A stretch of 64,000 nt of DNA from the IMG/VR virus record IMGVR_UViG_3300015063_000003, positions 7,279-71,278 of that record. One strand, given 5' to 3'. A program made the translations under genes and the position numbers. This document shows positions 16,829-25,954 of this stretch, one piece after another. This stretch comes from a virus. The notes under the pieces were generated by a model that saw nothing but the letters and a program-made list of their open reading frames with translations, made no database searches and was not told the DNA's origin. Positions within the stretch are counted from its first letter, which is position 1; every line of letters begins with the position of its first letter.

Positions 16829-17413
16829 ATGAAATCCATCGCCGAAATCTTCCGAAGTTTCGCCGTGTTCGACGCCTCCGGCCGCCACGTCAACGGATGT
16901 GACAAAATGAGCAATCACAACTACGGCGACGCCTACGAGCGAATCTTCGCCGGCCAGCGTGAAAACGTGACACGGATGCTGGAAATTGGCGTAGCGGACG
17001 GGAGTAGCCTTCTCGCCTGGGCCGAGATATTCCCAAATGCGAAGATCATCGGGATGGATATCCACTTGGCGGAGAGGGTCCACCGTCACGAGAAGATCGA
17101 ATTCCACATGGGCGACCAGCGGAGTCAAGAAGACTGCCAGCGAGTCGCACAAGGCCGCCAGCGAGTCGCACAAGGCCGCCAGTTCGACGTCATCGTTGAA
17201 GACGCCCTGCACGAGTTGGACGCGACGCTCTTGACGCTGTTCTGGCTGTGGTCGGCGGTCAAGCCGGGAGGTCTGTACATCGTCGAGGAGTGGGCGAACA
17301 TCGGCGGGTGTCGGGAGAATATCGTCGCTTTGTTTCCCAATGCCGAAGTGATTGATACGCAGGGTCCGTTCGGCGGGATCGAGCCATTGACGGTTTTCAG
17401 GAAGAAGCCATGA
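16829..17413 (+). CDS. class I SAM-dependent (sugar O-) methyltransferase
   Basis: DKMSNHNYGDAY, MLEIGVADGSSL, IIGMDI, GDQ, FDVIVED, VKPGGLYIVEE. Confidence 0.85.
   Translation: MKSIAEIFRSFAVFDASGRHVNGCDKMSNHNYGDAYERIFAGQRENVTRMLEIGVADGSSLLAWAEIFPNAKIIGMDIHLAERVHRHEKIEFHMGDQRSQEDCQRVAQGRQRVAQGRQFDVIVEDALHELDATLLTLFWLWSAVKPGGLYIVEEWANIGGCRENIVALFPNAEVIDTQGPFGGIEPLTVFRKKP
17136..17182 (+). repeat. 21-bp in-frame tandem duplication
   Basis: gccagcgagtcgcacaaggcc x2 plus gccag (QRVAQGR twice). Confidence 0.9.
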
Positions 17414-17592
17414 GACAATCGGTTGGGCAAGAAGTGGCCGACTGTACTTTCTCTGGAAAGATGCCTTTACCGTCACGAAAGAAAGCGAAGCAGTTAGCGA
17501 AAAGACAAGGCAGGATTCACGGCAAGAAATACAAGATATACCGATGCCCGCACTGCGATGACTGGCATCTAGCCACGAAAGCGAAACCATAA
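17410..17592 (+). CDS. small YxCPxC..WHL zinc-binding phage protein
   Basis: KIYRCPHCDDWHLAT. Confidence 0.6.
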   Translation: MRQSVGQEVADCTFSGKMPLPSRKKAKQLAKRQGRIHGKKYKIYRCPHCDDWHLATKAKP

Positions 17593-18182
17593 TGCACGTC
17601 GTATTCTTCGATCTGGAAACAGGCGGCCTCGACTGGCGTGTCCACCCGATCATCCAGATCGCGGCGATAGCGGTCGATGGCGACCTGAACGCCGTTGAAC
17701 ACTTCGAGCGAAAGTTGAAGTTCGCGGAGAACGTGTGCGACAAGCAAGCGTTGGAAGGCAACCACTATGATCCGGCGGTGTGGGCGAAAGAAGCCGTCGA
17801 ACCGAAACGATGCGTAACCGATTTCAGCGTCTTCCTCTCGAAGCACGCTGACATTGTGCGAATTTCGCAGAAGTCGCAGAACCCGTACAACGTCGCTCAG
17901 ATGGCTGGCCACAACGCTGCCTCGTTCGACTTCGCATTCCTGAAAGAGCTGTATCGCCAGCACAACGCGTTCTTGCCCGCGAGCTATCGCGTACTCGACA
18001 CGCTGCAGCGTTCAGCGTGGTTCTTTCAGGAGCGATTAGGAGAGAGCGGCAGCGTACCCGAATCGCTAAAGCTCGGAGAGTTGGCAACGTACTTCGGCGT
18101 AAAGCTTGAGAACGCCCACGACGCCCTGGCAGACGTGAAAGCGACGATTGCGGTGTATCGCAAGATGATCGGAGTTGACTGA
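17592..18182 (+). CDS. DEDDh 3'-5' exonuclease (DnaQ-like)
   Basis: FFDLETGG, GHNAASFD, LDTL, HDALAD. Confidence 0.9.
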   Translation: MHVVFFDLETGGLDWRVHPIIQIAAIAVDGDLNAVEHFERKLKFAENVCDKQALEGNHYDPAVWAKEAVEPKRCVTDFSVFLSKHADIVRISQKSQNPYNVAQMAGHNAASFDFAFLKELYRQHNAFLPASYRVLDTLQRSAWFFQERLGESGSVPESLKLGELATYFGVKLENAHDALADVKATIAVYRKMIGVD

Positions 18183-18853
18183 TGTATCCGCAAACTGACG
18201 ATGATCTTCTTTATCTGCGTGAGAAGTTACTCGCGGCGCCGTTCGTCCCCTACGCCTTCGGCGGCGAGGACAAGAACATCGCCGCGTTCCGCTCGAAGGC
18301 TGACCTGATCGCGTGGTATTGCCAGCCTCCGGGCGTTGACGGCGAGCCGTACCGGGATCGCGGCTTCTACACGCGGGAGCTGGCGATGTTGTCGCGGATC
18401 ATCAAGCCATTACGCATCGTTGAATTTGGCACGTCGCTCGGCATTGGCACCTGCATGCTGAATTGGCTTAATCCCGAAGCAGCGATGATAACTATCGATT
18501 GCGATTATCACACGTTCATGCCCGGAGATATTCGCGTGATGATGGGACATCTTGCCATTTACGAAGCTATCCCGCATGTGTTTTATGTAATGAAGTCTTG
18601 GGAATATCAGCGTGAGCTAGTTGACCTCTGCTTCATCGACGCCGACCATTCCTACGCCGCCGTCATCAAGGACAGCGAGACAGCGTGGCTAAACCGCTCG
18701 CGTGAGCGTTCCTGGGCGATCGCCTGGCACGATCACAACATCAGGCACGTCGGCGTAATGAAAGCGGTCGGCGAGTTCTGTGCTAGCAAGGGCATCGAGC
18801 TGCAGTCGCGGCCGGACAGCGATACCGTTTGGGTTTGGGGGAATCTGCCATGA
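18182..18853 (+). CDS. class I methyltransferase (Methyltransf_24-like)
   Basis: IVEFGTSLGIGT, ITIDC, LCFIDADHSYAAV, IAWHD. Confidence 0.8.
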   Translation: MYPQTDDDLLYLREKLLAAPFVPYAFGGEDKNIAAFRSKADLIAWYCQPPGVDGEPYRDRGFYTRELAMLSRIIKPLRIVEFGTSLGIGTCMLNWLNPEAAMITIDCDYHTFMPGDIRVMMGHLAIYEAIPHVFYVMKSWEYQRELVDLCFIDADHSYAAVIKDSETAWLNRSRERSWAIAWHDHNIRHVGVMKAVGEFCASKGIELQSRPDSDTVWVWGNLP

Positions 18854-19167
18854 ACAAAGAACAAAAGGAAAAACTTGAAAAGACACTCAGCGCCGCCAAC
18901 GAACTGACGCAGCGAATCGCTCGGCTTGAAGAGGCGATTTTGAACGTGACCGGAAAGCAAAAAAACGGCAGACCGACGACTCATATTTGCATACCGCTCT
19001 CCGAAGAAGGCATATTCGGCTATACCACGGACGACAAGACGCAAGGATTCTGCCGCATCTGTTGGCGAGACAGCGAACAAGGAATTATCGACGAACTTCG
19101 CTCTGCCGTCGTCGATATCTTGCAAAATCGCCTCGACAAAGCGAAAGAGGAATACAACGCCCTATGA
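18850..19167 (+). CDS. hypothetical protein
   Basis: ATGA overlaps both ends. Confidence 0.55.
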   Translation: MNKEQKEKLEKTLSAANELTQRIARLEEAILNVTGKQKNGRPTTHICIPLSEEGIFGYTTDDKTQGFCRICWRDSEQGIIDELRSAVVDILQNRLDKAKEEYNAL

Positions 19168-19589
19168 CAACATACCCCCACGAATTTCGCCTACTGGATT
19201 ACAACGGCACGCCCATCGAGGTCTGCGGCCTGTGTGCTCAGCGGAAAGACATGCCGACGCTGAGCGAGGATTGCGCCGTGGCTAAGACGAAGGCACAAGC
19301 CCTTGCGAATACGCCCCCATTGCCGCCCGCCGTGCCGATTACCCACGCGGACGAAGGCAGTTTGGTTTCGGACCCGATTAGGTTCCTGTCGTCGCTCACG
19401 GTGGAATCGGCTAAGATGCAGGTAGCAAAGCTCGAAGGCGAACTGGCGATGTGGCGAGTGCTGCTCGCGGCGGTGGAAGCGAGGGAGCAACCAGAACGTC
19501 GCAAAGTCGGCAAGCATTCCGACGAAGAACGCGTCAAAGAAAATAACGCCGACCCGCTTCCTCACAACAATCTTCGTGCGGAGTTCTGA
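19164..19589 (+). CDS. hypothetical protein
   Basis: ATGA overlap; start re-assigned from 18987. Confidence 0.55.
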   Translation: MTTYPHEFRLLDYNGTPIEVCGLCAQRKDMPTLSEDCAVAKTKAQALANTPPLPPAVPITHADEGSLVSDPIRFLSSLTVESAKMQVAKLEGELAMWRVLLAAVEAREQPERRKVGKHSDEERVKENNADPLPHNNLRAEF

Positions 19590-19591
19590 AA

Positions 19592-20803
19592 ATGGTTGCT
19601 CTCAACGACACCTTCACCTCAACCGGCCACAAGTTCTTCGCTCACCAGGAGGCGATGCAGAACCTCAAGAACGGCAAAGGTCAGCCCGTAGTTACGCACG
19701 TCATGCTTACGGACGTCTGCAACCACACTTGTGCGTTCTGCTCCGTGCAGGCGAGAGCCGGAGACTCGCTCGCGTTCGACGACGTGATGGCATACCTCGA
19801 CATTCTTCAAAAGCATTCGCTGCGGGCGGTCATTTTGTCCGGCGGCGGCAATCCGATCCTGTACAAGTGCAAGAAGACGGGCAAGAACTTCAACGATGTG
19901 GTCGATGCGATTCACGCGAGGGGATTGGAGATCGGGCTCATCACGAACGGGATGCCATTACAAAGCGTTCACCCACATTTGGGACAAAACGTAACAGTTA
20001 ACGCGGATGGTAGTGGGGTTGTTGAAAACAAATATGGTTGTCCACGAAAAACATGGAAAGGAATAAGAGTTTCGACCCTCGATAAACTTACCTGGATCAG
20101 GATCAGCATGGCCGGCCTGGACCACGAGGAGAACGAAGTCTACGTCCCCGATATCGATCCGAGCAAGACGACGCTTGGGTTTAGCTACGTCGCTCATGAC
20201 ATTTACACCGAGCCGGCTGATCCGCATCACGGCAAAGTATCGACGGTGTCGGACATCATTACTCTGGACCGAACGAACTTGGAGACGCGGCACTTTGAGG
20301 ACAGGATTGGTGAGCTGATCGACCAAATCACGCACTACGTTGACAAATACAAACCTCGCTATGTTCGAATGCTCCCGAATTGTTTGGAGCCGTCATTAAT
20401 CCCGCAGCGTTGCGAACAACTTCAAAGCATGGCCGACCTTATCAATTATCGGACGCGATATAATGCGGCCTTCGTCCAGCAAAAGCCCCCTGCCGCTCCG
20501 AAAGCATGCTACCTGGGCTACATTCACCCGGTACTCAACTGCGACGGCTACGTCTATCCTTGCGACTCCTGCGTCCTCAACGAAGCCGCTGACCACTCTT
20601 TTTCGAAGCCGTGGCGTGTGTGCCACTGGAGCGAGATCGCCAGCATCTACGAAAAGCCAGTGCGAAGCCTGATCGCGGACCCCGCGAAGCTATGCCCCGG
20701 CTGCGTCTTCACGCGGTCGAACGAGATCCTCGGCAGCGTCGTGGACGGCACGGCCGACCTGACGCCGCCGAGCGTTCAGCCGGAACACGTCAATTTTGTG
20801 TGA
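19592..20803 (+). CDS. radical SAM protein with SPASM/twitch domain
   Basis: CNHTCAFC, LSGGGNP, LITNG; C-terminal CYLG...DGYVYPCDSC...LCPGC. Confidence 0.9.
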   Translation: MVALNDTFTSTGHKFFAHQEAMQNLKNGKGQPVVTHVMLTDVCNHTCAFCSVQARAGDSLAFDDVMAYLDILQKHSLRAVILSGGGNPILYKCKKTGKNFNDVVDAIHARGLEIGLITNGMPLQSVHPHLGQNVTVNADGSGVVENKYGCPRKTWKGIRVSTLDKLTWIRISMAGLDHEENEVYVPDIDPSKTTLGFSYVAHDIYTEPADPHHGKVSTVSDIITLDRTNLETRHFEDRIGELIDQITHYVDKYKPRYVRMLPNCLEPSLIPQRCEQLQSMADLINYRTRYNAAFVQQKPPAAPKACYLGYIHPVLNCDGYVYPCDSCVLNEAADHSFSKPWRVCHWSEIASIYEKPVRSLIADPAKLCPGCVFTRSNEILGSVVDGTADLTPPSVQPEHVNFV

Positions 20804-20812
20804 GATTCCCTA

Positions 20813-20841
20813 TTGACTTTTGACGTAGAGGAATATACCAT
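20813..20841 (+). promoter_or_regulatory. sigma70-like promoter, probably leaderless
   Basis: TTGACT-N17-TACCAT, ATG 7 nt downstream at 20849. Confidence 0.55.
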
Positions 20842-20848
20842 ATCTTCC

Positions 20849-21094
20849 ATGATCGACTTCGGACTAAAGTCCCAGACGGCAAAGCTCATGCTCGCACGGT
20901 TGACGCCGCGAGAGCTTCAAGTCGTGGAGTTATTCGCCATGGGCCACACCCGAAGCGAGATCGCCGAATCGCTTGAGATGAAAGCCAGGACGGTACAGGT
21001 TCATCTGGACAGCGTCCGCACCAAGTGGGGCGATGTGGAATCCCACGGTATCCCGCGAATCTGGTTCTGTGCCAAGATGAACGAAGGAGTATGA
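20849..21094 (+). CDS. LuxR/GerE-type HTH regulator
   Basis: LTPRELQVVELFAMGHTRSEIAESLEMKARTVQVHL. Confidence 0.85.
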   Translation: MIDFGLKSQTAKLMLARLTPRELQVVELFAMGHTRSEIAESLEMKARTVQVHLDSVRTKWGDVESHGIPRIWFCAKMNEGV

Positions 21095-21097
21095 GCG

Positions 21098-21376
21098 ATG
21101 CTGCCGATGAGCGAAGGCGAGAAAACTACTTATGTTGGCATTGCTGGTCAATTCAAAGCAGCGATTGATGCCCAGGGTAGTCCGTGGAACTTCTTCATCA
21201 AGACGGGTCCGGAAGATCAGGTTATGTTCTTGACACAAGACAGCGAACAAAATTGGGTTGTTTTCCCGTCATCCACGGTCATGCGGCAAGTTGCCGATCT
21301 CTTGCTTGAGCAAGCTACCAAATGGGATAACGGCGAACTGCCGAAGATGAAAGGAAAAGACGATGTTCCCGCCTGA
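21098..21376 (+). CDS. hypothetical protein
   Basis: 92 aa in operon. Confidence 0.55.
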   Translation: MLPMSEGEKTTYVGIAGQFKAAIDAQGSPWNFFIKTGPEDQVMFLTQDSEQNWVVFPSSTVMRQVADLLLEQATKWDNGELPKMKGKDDVPA

Positions 21377-22004
21377 TACGCAAGTGCAGTTCTGGTTGCA
21401 GTGGTTTGTCTCAAGAGACGCTGGTCGGCACAGTTTTGACCAGTGGTTCCAGGCCGACGATGGCAGCAAGGTCGCAACCGATGGTCGAATGGCCGTGTCC
21501 ACGAAGGACGAAACGGAAGTTGCACCGTTCGTCTTTGACTACAAAGCCAGTCCGCAGAAGTCGATTCCTGAGATGCTAGCGGCACCGGCCAAGAAGACAA
21601 TGACGTTGCCGCATGACGACATGGTCAAGCGATTTGGCACATTTGAGATGATTCGTTGCGGATGCAACGACGGCCAAATGAAGCACGATTGCGATTGCAA
21701 ATTCTGCACGACTTCGCAAGAAGAATGCGACACCTGCGAAGGAACTGGGTGGAAGACGAAGCAAGAGGCTCGCCACGTCGCTTGCTGGGGCATGCCATTT
21801 GACGCCAACTGCGTCGCGTACCTGATCGAGCACGCTCCCGCTGCGGAGTCGTACATAGTCGAAATCGTCAAGTACAAGTCGAATAACCTCATCCGAATCA
21901 AGACCGAACGGTGGTCTTTCGTTCTGACCGAGATGACAAAGAACGTCCTGACCGAATACCCATGTCCCGAAGTGATGGAGAACTACACGCCATGCGCATC
22001 TTGA
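21363..22004 (+). CDS. hypothetical protein with CxxCxGxG zinc motif
   Basis: CDCKFC...CDTCEGTG. Confidence 0.6.
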   Translation: MFPPDTQVQFWLQWFVSRDAGRHSFDQWFQADDGSKVATDGRMAVSTKDETEVAPFVFDYKASPQKSIPEMLAAPAKKTMTLPHDDMVKRFGTFEMIRCGCNDGQMKHDCDCKFCTTSQEECDTCEGTGWKTKQEARHVACWGMPFDANCVAYLIEHAPAAESYIVEIVKYKSNNLIRIKTERWSFVLTEMTKNVLTEYPCPEVMENYTPCAS

Positions 22005-22966
22005 TTACCGGAGTGAGCGGATTTATCGGTTCTCACTTCTCCAAGCACGTCCTCGCACAGTCGAAAGACGTGCAGGTGATCGGCTTCGGTCGCAACTCCG
22101 ACCAGCTGAATCACTCCCGATTAATGATGATCCCGATGACCGACCTGGAGCGGCTTCATCTGGTCTACGGCGACCTCTGCGACCAGAACGCCATGAGCGG
22201 AATCTGCGAGGGCGTGGACGTCGTCGTGAATTTCGCTGCGAAGACGTTCGTTGACCACTCGATCAAGGACGATTTGCCATTCTTGCGGTCGAACATCGAA
22301 GGTGCCCGCAACCTCATGAACGACGCCATGCGGTACAAGGTCAAGCGTTTCGTACAAATCAGCACGGACGAAGTCTACGGGCAGATTCTCACCGGATCGT
22401 ACAAGGAAACGGCTCAGACCGCACCAAGGAACCCCTACGCGTGGAGCAAGGAAGCGGCGGACAGCTACGGACTGATGCTGCACCGGATGCACGGGTTCCC
22501 GATCATCGTAACCCGGACCGAGAATAACTTCGGCGGATGGCAGCATCGGCAGAAGGCGATACCGACGTTCGTCCGGGCGGCGTTGGCGAATGAGCCGCTG
22601 CCCGTATACGGGGATGGGTTGCACGTGCGTTGCTGGTTGCACGTGGAAGAGCACTGCCGGGCCATACATCATCTTTTGTGTAAGTCTTTATTCTTGAAAG
22701 ACTACATCGGCGAAGTCTTCCACATCGCCGGCGAGGAAGAACTGACGAACCTCGACCTGGCCGGCATCATTCTGAAGACGCTGGGCAAGCCGCTAGACAT
22801 GATCCGCCACGTGGACGATCACAACGTCAGGCCGGGGCATGATCGGCGGTACGCCCTCGATTGCTCGAAGCTCAGGGCGACAGGGTTCCAGGTCAAGCAG
22901 GATTTGCAGACGAAGCTCGCGGAGACGGTGCGATGGTACGCCGAGAATCGGGGGTGGATGCGATGA
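21992..22966 (+). CDS. rfbB: dTDP-glucose 4,6-dehydratase (NDP-sugar SDR)
   Basis: ILITGVSGFIGS, FAAKTFVD, ISTDEVYG, PRNPYAWSK, YGDGLHVRCW, RPGHDRRYALD. Confidence 0.92.
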   Translation: MRILITGVSGFIGSHFSKHVLAQSKDVQVIGFGRNSDQLNHSRLMMIPMTDLERLHLVYGDLCDQNAMSGICEGVDVVVNFAAKTFVDHSIKDDLPFLRSNIEGARNLMNDAMRYKVKRFVQISTDEVYGQILTGSYKETAQTAPRNPYAWSKEAADSYGLMLHRMHGFPIIVTRTENNFGGWQHRQKAIPTFVRAALANEPLPVYGDGLHVRCWLHVEEHCRAIHHLLCKSLFLKDYIGEVFHIAGEEELTNLDLAGIILKTLGKPLDMIRHVDDHNVRPGHDRRYALDCSKLRATGFQVKQDLQTKLAETVRWYAENRGWMR

Positions 22967-23166
22967 TTTTTCCAGATGAACATATGAGCGACAACGATAA
23001 AATAACCGCTGAAGAGGTTTGGAGGATTTTTTTCGTTGAATATTTCAAAGAAAGACCGATTAGCGAAGGCACCAAAGAGATATTTCGACAGGTTTTTTTG
23101 TCCGGCATAGCCGGCGGGTTAGGGATGGCGGCTTTTACAAAAGCATCTGGAGATCCATGCCGATGA
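22963..23166 (+). CDS. hypothetical protein
   Basis: ATGA overlaps both ends. Confidence 0.45.
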   Translation: MIFPDEHMSDNDKITAEEVWRIFFVEYFKERPISEGTKEIFRQVFLSGIAGGLGMAAFTKASGDPCR

Positions 23167-23321
23167 AACTTTTATACTTCGCGATCTCAGGACTTAGCTT
23201 TACGATTTCTTGCGTATGCTGGTTGTCTGGAGATTTTGAAGCTTCTGTGTTTTTTATTCTACAAGCGATATTCTTTCGCATCAACGGATTTGTGCCGGAG
23301 ATCGTGGAGAAAAAGCCATGA
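23163..23321 (+). CDS. 52-aa membrane protein (absent from ORF track)
   Basis: MKLLYFAISGLSFTISCVCWLSGDFEASVFFILQAIFF...; ATGA overlaps both ends. Confidence 0.5.
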   Translation: MKLLYFAISGLSFTISCVCWLSGDFEASVFFILQAIFFRINGFVPEIVEKKP

Positions 23322-23514
23322 TGCAGTGGCAGCGACGACGAATCGAAAAAAGATGCCCTGTTTGTCGTATGCACATGAAGCGATGTTCGTATTCAATTAG
23401 GGATGGTGGTTGCGGTCACTGGTGGGATAGAGGAATAGAAATTGGCGGAGATCGTTTTTGCGCCGATGATTATGGAACTTCTTTGTGTCTCAACTCTGTT
23501 TTGGAGGAATTGCA

Positions 23515-23769
23515 ATGGTGTCTGCGAATAAGAACGATGGAAAACTGGCTGATTTCGTCACTCAAACAAATGATGAGGGATATGGTCTCACCGGCGCTCA
23601 AATCGCAGCGGCTTACAAGGCTGCACTATCAGATTTTGTCCTCAGAAAGACAAATCGCTCGTCTATCGCAGAAGTTTCCAAACTCCTTTGCGGAGCTCTT
23701 CAAGCTCGCAAGCAACAACTCGCAGAGCAAAATGACAGCAGCAGTCATCGAATCGAAAATTATTTCTGA
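23515..23769 (+). CDS. hypothetical protein
   Basis: GGAGG RBS; nested within 23318..23809 in another frame. Confidence 0.5.
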   Translation: MVSANKNDGKLADFVTQTNDEGYGLTGAQIAAAYKAALSDFVLRKTNRSSIAEVSKLLCGALQARKQQLAEQNDSSSHRIENYF

Positions 23770-23808
23770 TGAAGAAATATCTTTTAAGCACACTTACGGT
23801 ATCTTTTG

Positions 23809-24840
23809 ATGACTCCAATCGCCGTCCTCATCAAATTGCACCACGGTTACGGCCTCGGCGACGCCGTCCAGATGACCAGCGTGATCCGTCACGTCGCCAA
23901 GAACCGCCCGGACTGGATCATCGACTACGTCGCGGACCGCGGGCGGCATTCGGCGATGCACGGCCTCGTCCGCAACGCCTTCGCCTACGACGATTCGCCG
24001 CCGTGCTCGCACTACGACCGCGAGATCGATATCCACCTCTACGACACCTTCGCCGCGTGGCCCGACCGGCCGAACACGCGAGTGACGCAATGTCTGCATG
24101 AGCGGTTCGGGATGGCGTGGGATAAGGAACTGGCGGGATACGTCATCAACGTCACTGAAGAATCTAGGGCTTCTGCCTTTGCGTTTATGCTGACTGTTAA
24201 AGGGCATTGGGAGAAAACTCAAAAGAATTTTCCGGTCGTTTGTATCCAATACCAAGGCGACAGCTCCGCCGAGCGTAAGAACCTCACGCACGATCATGCG
24301 TTGGGCATCTGCCAGCACGTCATCGCTCTCGGACGCGTACCTCTTCTGATCGACTGGCGAAACAAGAGCCCTCTCACTGACATCGGGGCAGGAATCCACA
24401 CCACGGGCAGGCTCGGCACGTCGCTCCAGTGGGGAGCCGACGCTCAGATGAACGCCGCGATCATCAGCCAGTGCGAAGCCTACGTCGGCATCGATAGCGG
24501 CCCTGGGAAGTGTGCGAGCGCGACCGAAACGCCGGCGCTGATCTGCTGGACCGGGCACCATCCGGCGTTGTTCCACGATCCCTGCCCGAACACGACGCAC
24601 CTTGTCCCGGCGGACCACCGGGAGATGCCGCTGTTGCAAGGGAATCGGGCGGTGGCGGACTTCTTCGAGGAGAATTATAACTGGCGTGTTTACGACGCAA
24701 CTGATCGAAGCATTCGCTCGCTCGCCTCGGTCACCATTGAAGAAATACCGTACTACCAGACTGGCGGCCACATGAATCGACGCATCGTCGGCAATCTGGT
24801 CGATGAAGTCAAGACGTGGCTCACGGAGACGCTGAAATGA
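23809..24840 (+). CDS. glycosyltransferase family 9 (heptosyltransferase-like)
   Basis: GLGDAVQMTSVIRHV; AAIISQCEAYVGIDSGPGKCASATETPALICW. Confidence 0.85.
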   Translation: MTPIAVLIKLHHGYGLGDAVQMTSVIRHVAKNRPDWIIDYVADRGRHSAMHGLVRNAFAYDDSPPCSHYDREIDIHLYDTFAAWPDRPNTRVTQCLHERFGMAWDKELAGYVINVTEESRASAFAFMLTVKGHWEKTQKNFPVVCIQYQGDSSAERKNLTHDHALGICQHVIALGRVPLLIDWRNKSPLTDIGAGIHTTGRLGTSLQWGADAQMNAAIISQCEAYVGIDSGPGKCASATETPALICWTGHHPALFHDPCPNTTHLVPADHREMPLLQGNRAVADFFEENYNWRVYDATDRSIRSLASVTIEEIPYYQTGGHMNRRIVGNLVDEVKTWLTETLK

Positions 24841-25106
24841 CCAATAAAGATCGTAATAGACTTTGTCGTTCTTGTTTAGATCAAATCGCAACCGAATTCT
24901 ATGCGATTGACAATGGCAAAAAAGTTAAGCGAGGGCTTTGCCGATCCTGTTATGAGCGAGCCGTTAAAAATCCGAATGATATGAAGTTCGGCGGAATCAA
25001 AGAAGGTCCGACAATCAACCGACGCGGAGCAGAAGAGAAAGGCAGAAAACAACGAGATATGAAAGCGATTGGTGGAACACCAATTGACGAGGAGAGAGAC
25101 CAATGA
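24837..25106 (+). CDS. hypothetical protein with CxxC pairs
   Basis: LCRSC...LCRSC. Confidence 0.5.
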   Translation: MTNKDRNRLCRSCLDQIATEFYAIDNGKKVKRGLCRSCYERAVKNPNDMKFGGIKEGPTINRRGAEEKGRKQRDMKAIGGTPIDEERDQ

Positions 25107-25954
25107 CCAACCCCGCACGCCGCCTGATCGAACTGGATACCGCGAAGAGGCTCAGGATCGCCGTTGTTGGCGATGCAATGACGGACGTCTACATCCACGG
25201 GCAACTCGGCGAGTGCCAGGAGGATTGTTACAAGTTCGTGGAGGAGAGCCGCATCGAGGTTCCGGGCGGAGCGGCGAACGCATTGAGAAGCTTGGATGGA
25301 TGGCAAGCGACTCTCGTCGAATTGTTTCCGTATACCGATTTGCCGATCAAAACGAGATTTGTCGTCAATGGCAAGTACATGTTTCGTCACGATTCTGATA
25401 GACAAGACGACCCCGATATCTTCACTGGTGACCGCGAAGCTTGCATGTTCGCTCTTATCGAACATCCGGTTGACGGAATCCTCATCAGCGACTACGACAA
25501 GGGCTTCTTGACGCCAGAGTTCATCCGGCAGATCATCGACCTGGCGAACGAGCGGCATATCCCCGTGGTCGCCGACGCGAAGCGGGAACCGTCGTTGTAC
25601 GAAGGAGCAACGATCAAATGCAACTTCGCCTACGCTTGTAAGTTTCAAGTCAGCGGCCACTGCCAACGGGCGCACGTCATCACCAACGGGGCGAAGTGTC
25701 CTCACGTCGTCCTGAAATCGAATTGGGACCAGCGTGAATGGATTGTTGCCAAAGAGATGACGCCGGTCGTTTGCCGGAATCACGTTGGAGCCGGCGACTG
25801 CTTCTCCGCTCACTTGACGCTGGCGTTAGCCCACGGATTTACACTCGAAGACGCCGCGGCAGTCGCCCACTCGGCGGGTCGGGTTTATGTCCAGCATGAA
25901 CACAATCGGCCGCCGTTGCCAGAAGAGATCGCGGCTGATATGGAGGCAGCATGA
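25103..25954 (+). CDS. rfaE1: HldE/RfaE domain I, PfkB-family heptose-7-phosphate kinase
   Basis: IAVVGDAMTDVY, PGGAAN, KTRF, ILISDYDKG, VVADAK, VGAGDCF. Confidence 0.88.
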   Translation: MTNPARRLIELDTAKRLRIAVVGDAMTDVYIHGQLGECQEDCYKFVEESRIEVPGGAANALRSLDGWQATLVELFPYTDLPIKTRFVVNGKYMFRHDSDRQDDPDIFTGDREACMFALIEHPVDGILISDYDKGFLTPEFIRQIIDLANERHIPVVADAKREPSLYEGATIKCNFAYACKFQVSGHCQRAHVITNGAKCPHVVLKSNWDQREWIVAKEMTPVVCRNHVGAGDCFSAHLTLALAHGFTLEDAAAVAHSAGRVYVQHEHNRPPLPEEIAADMEAA

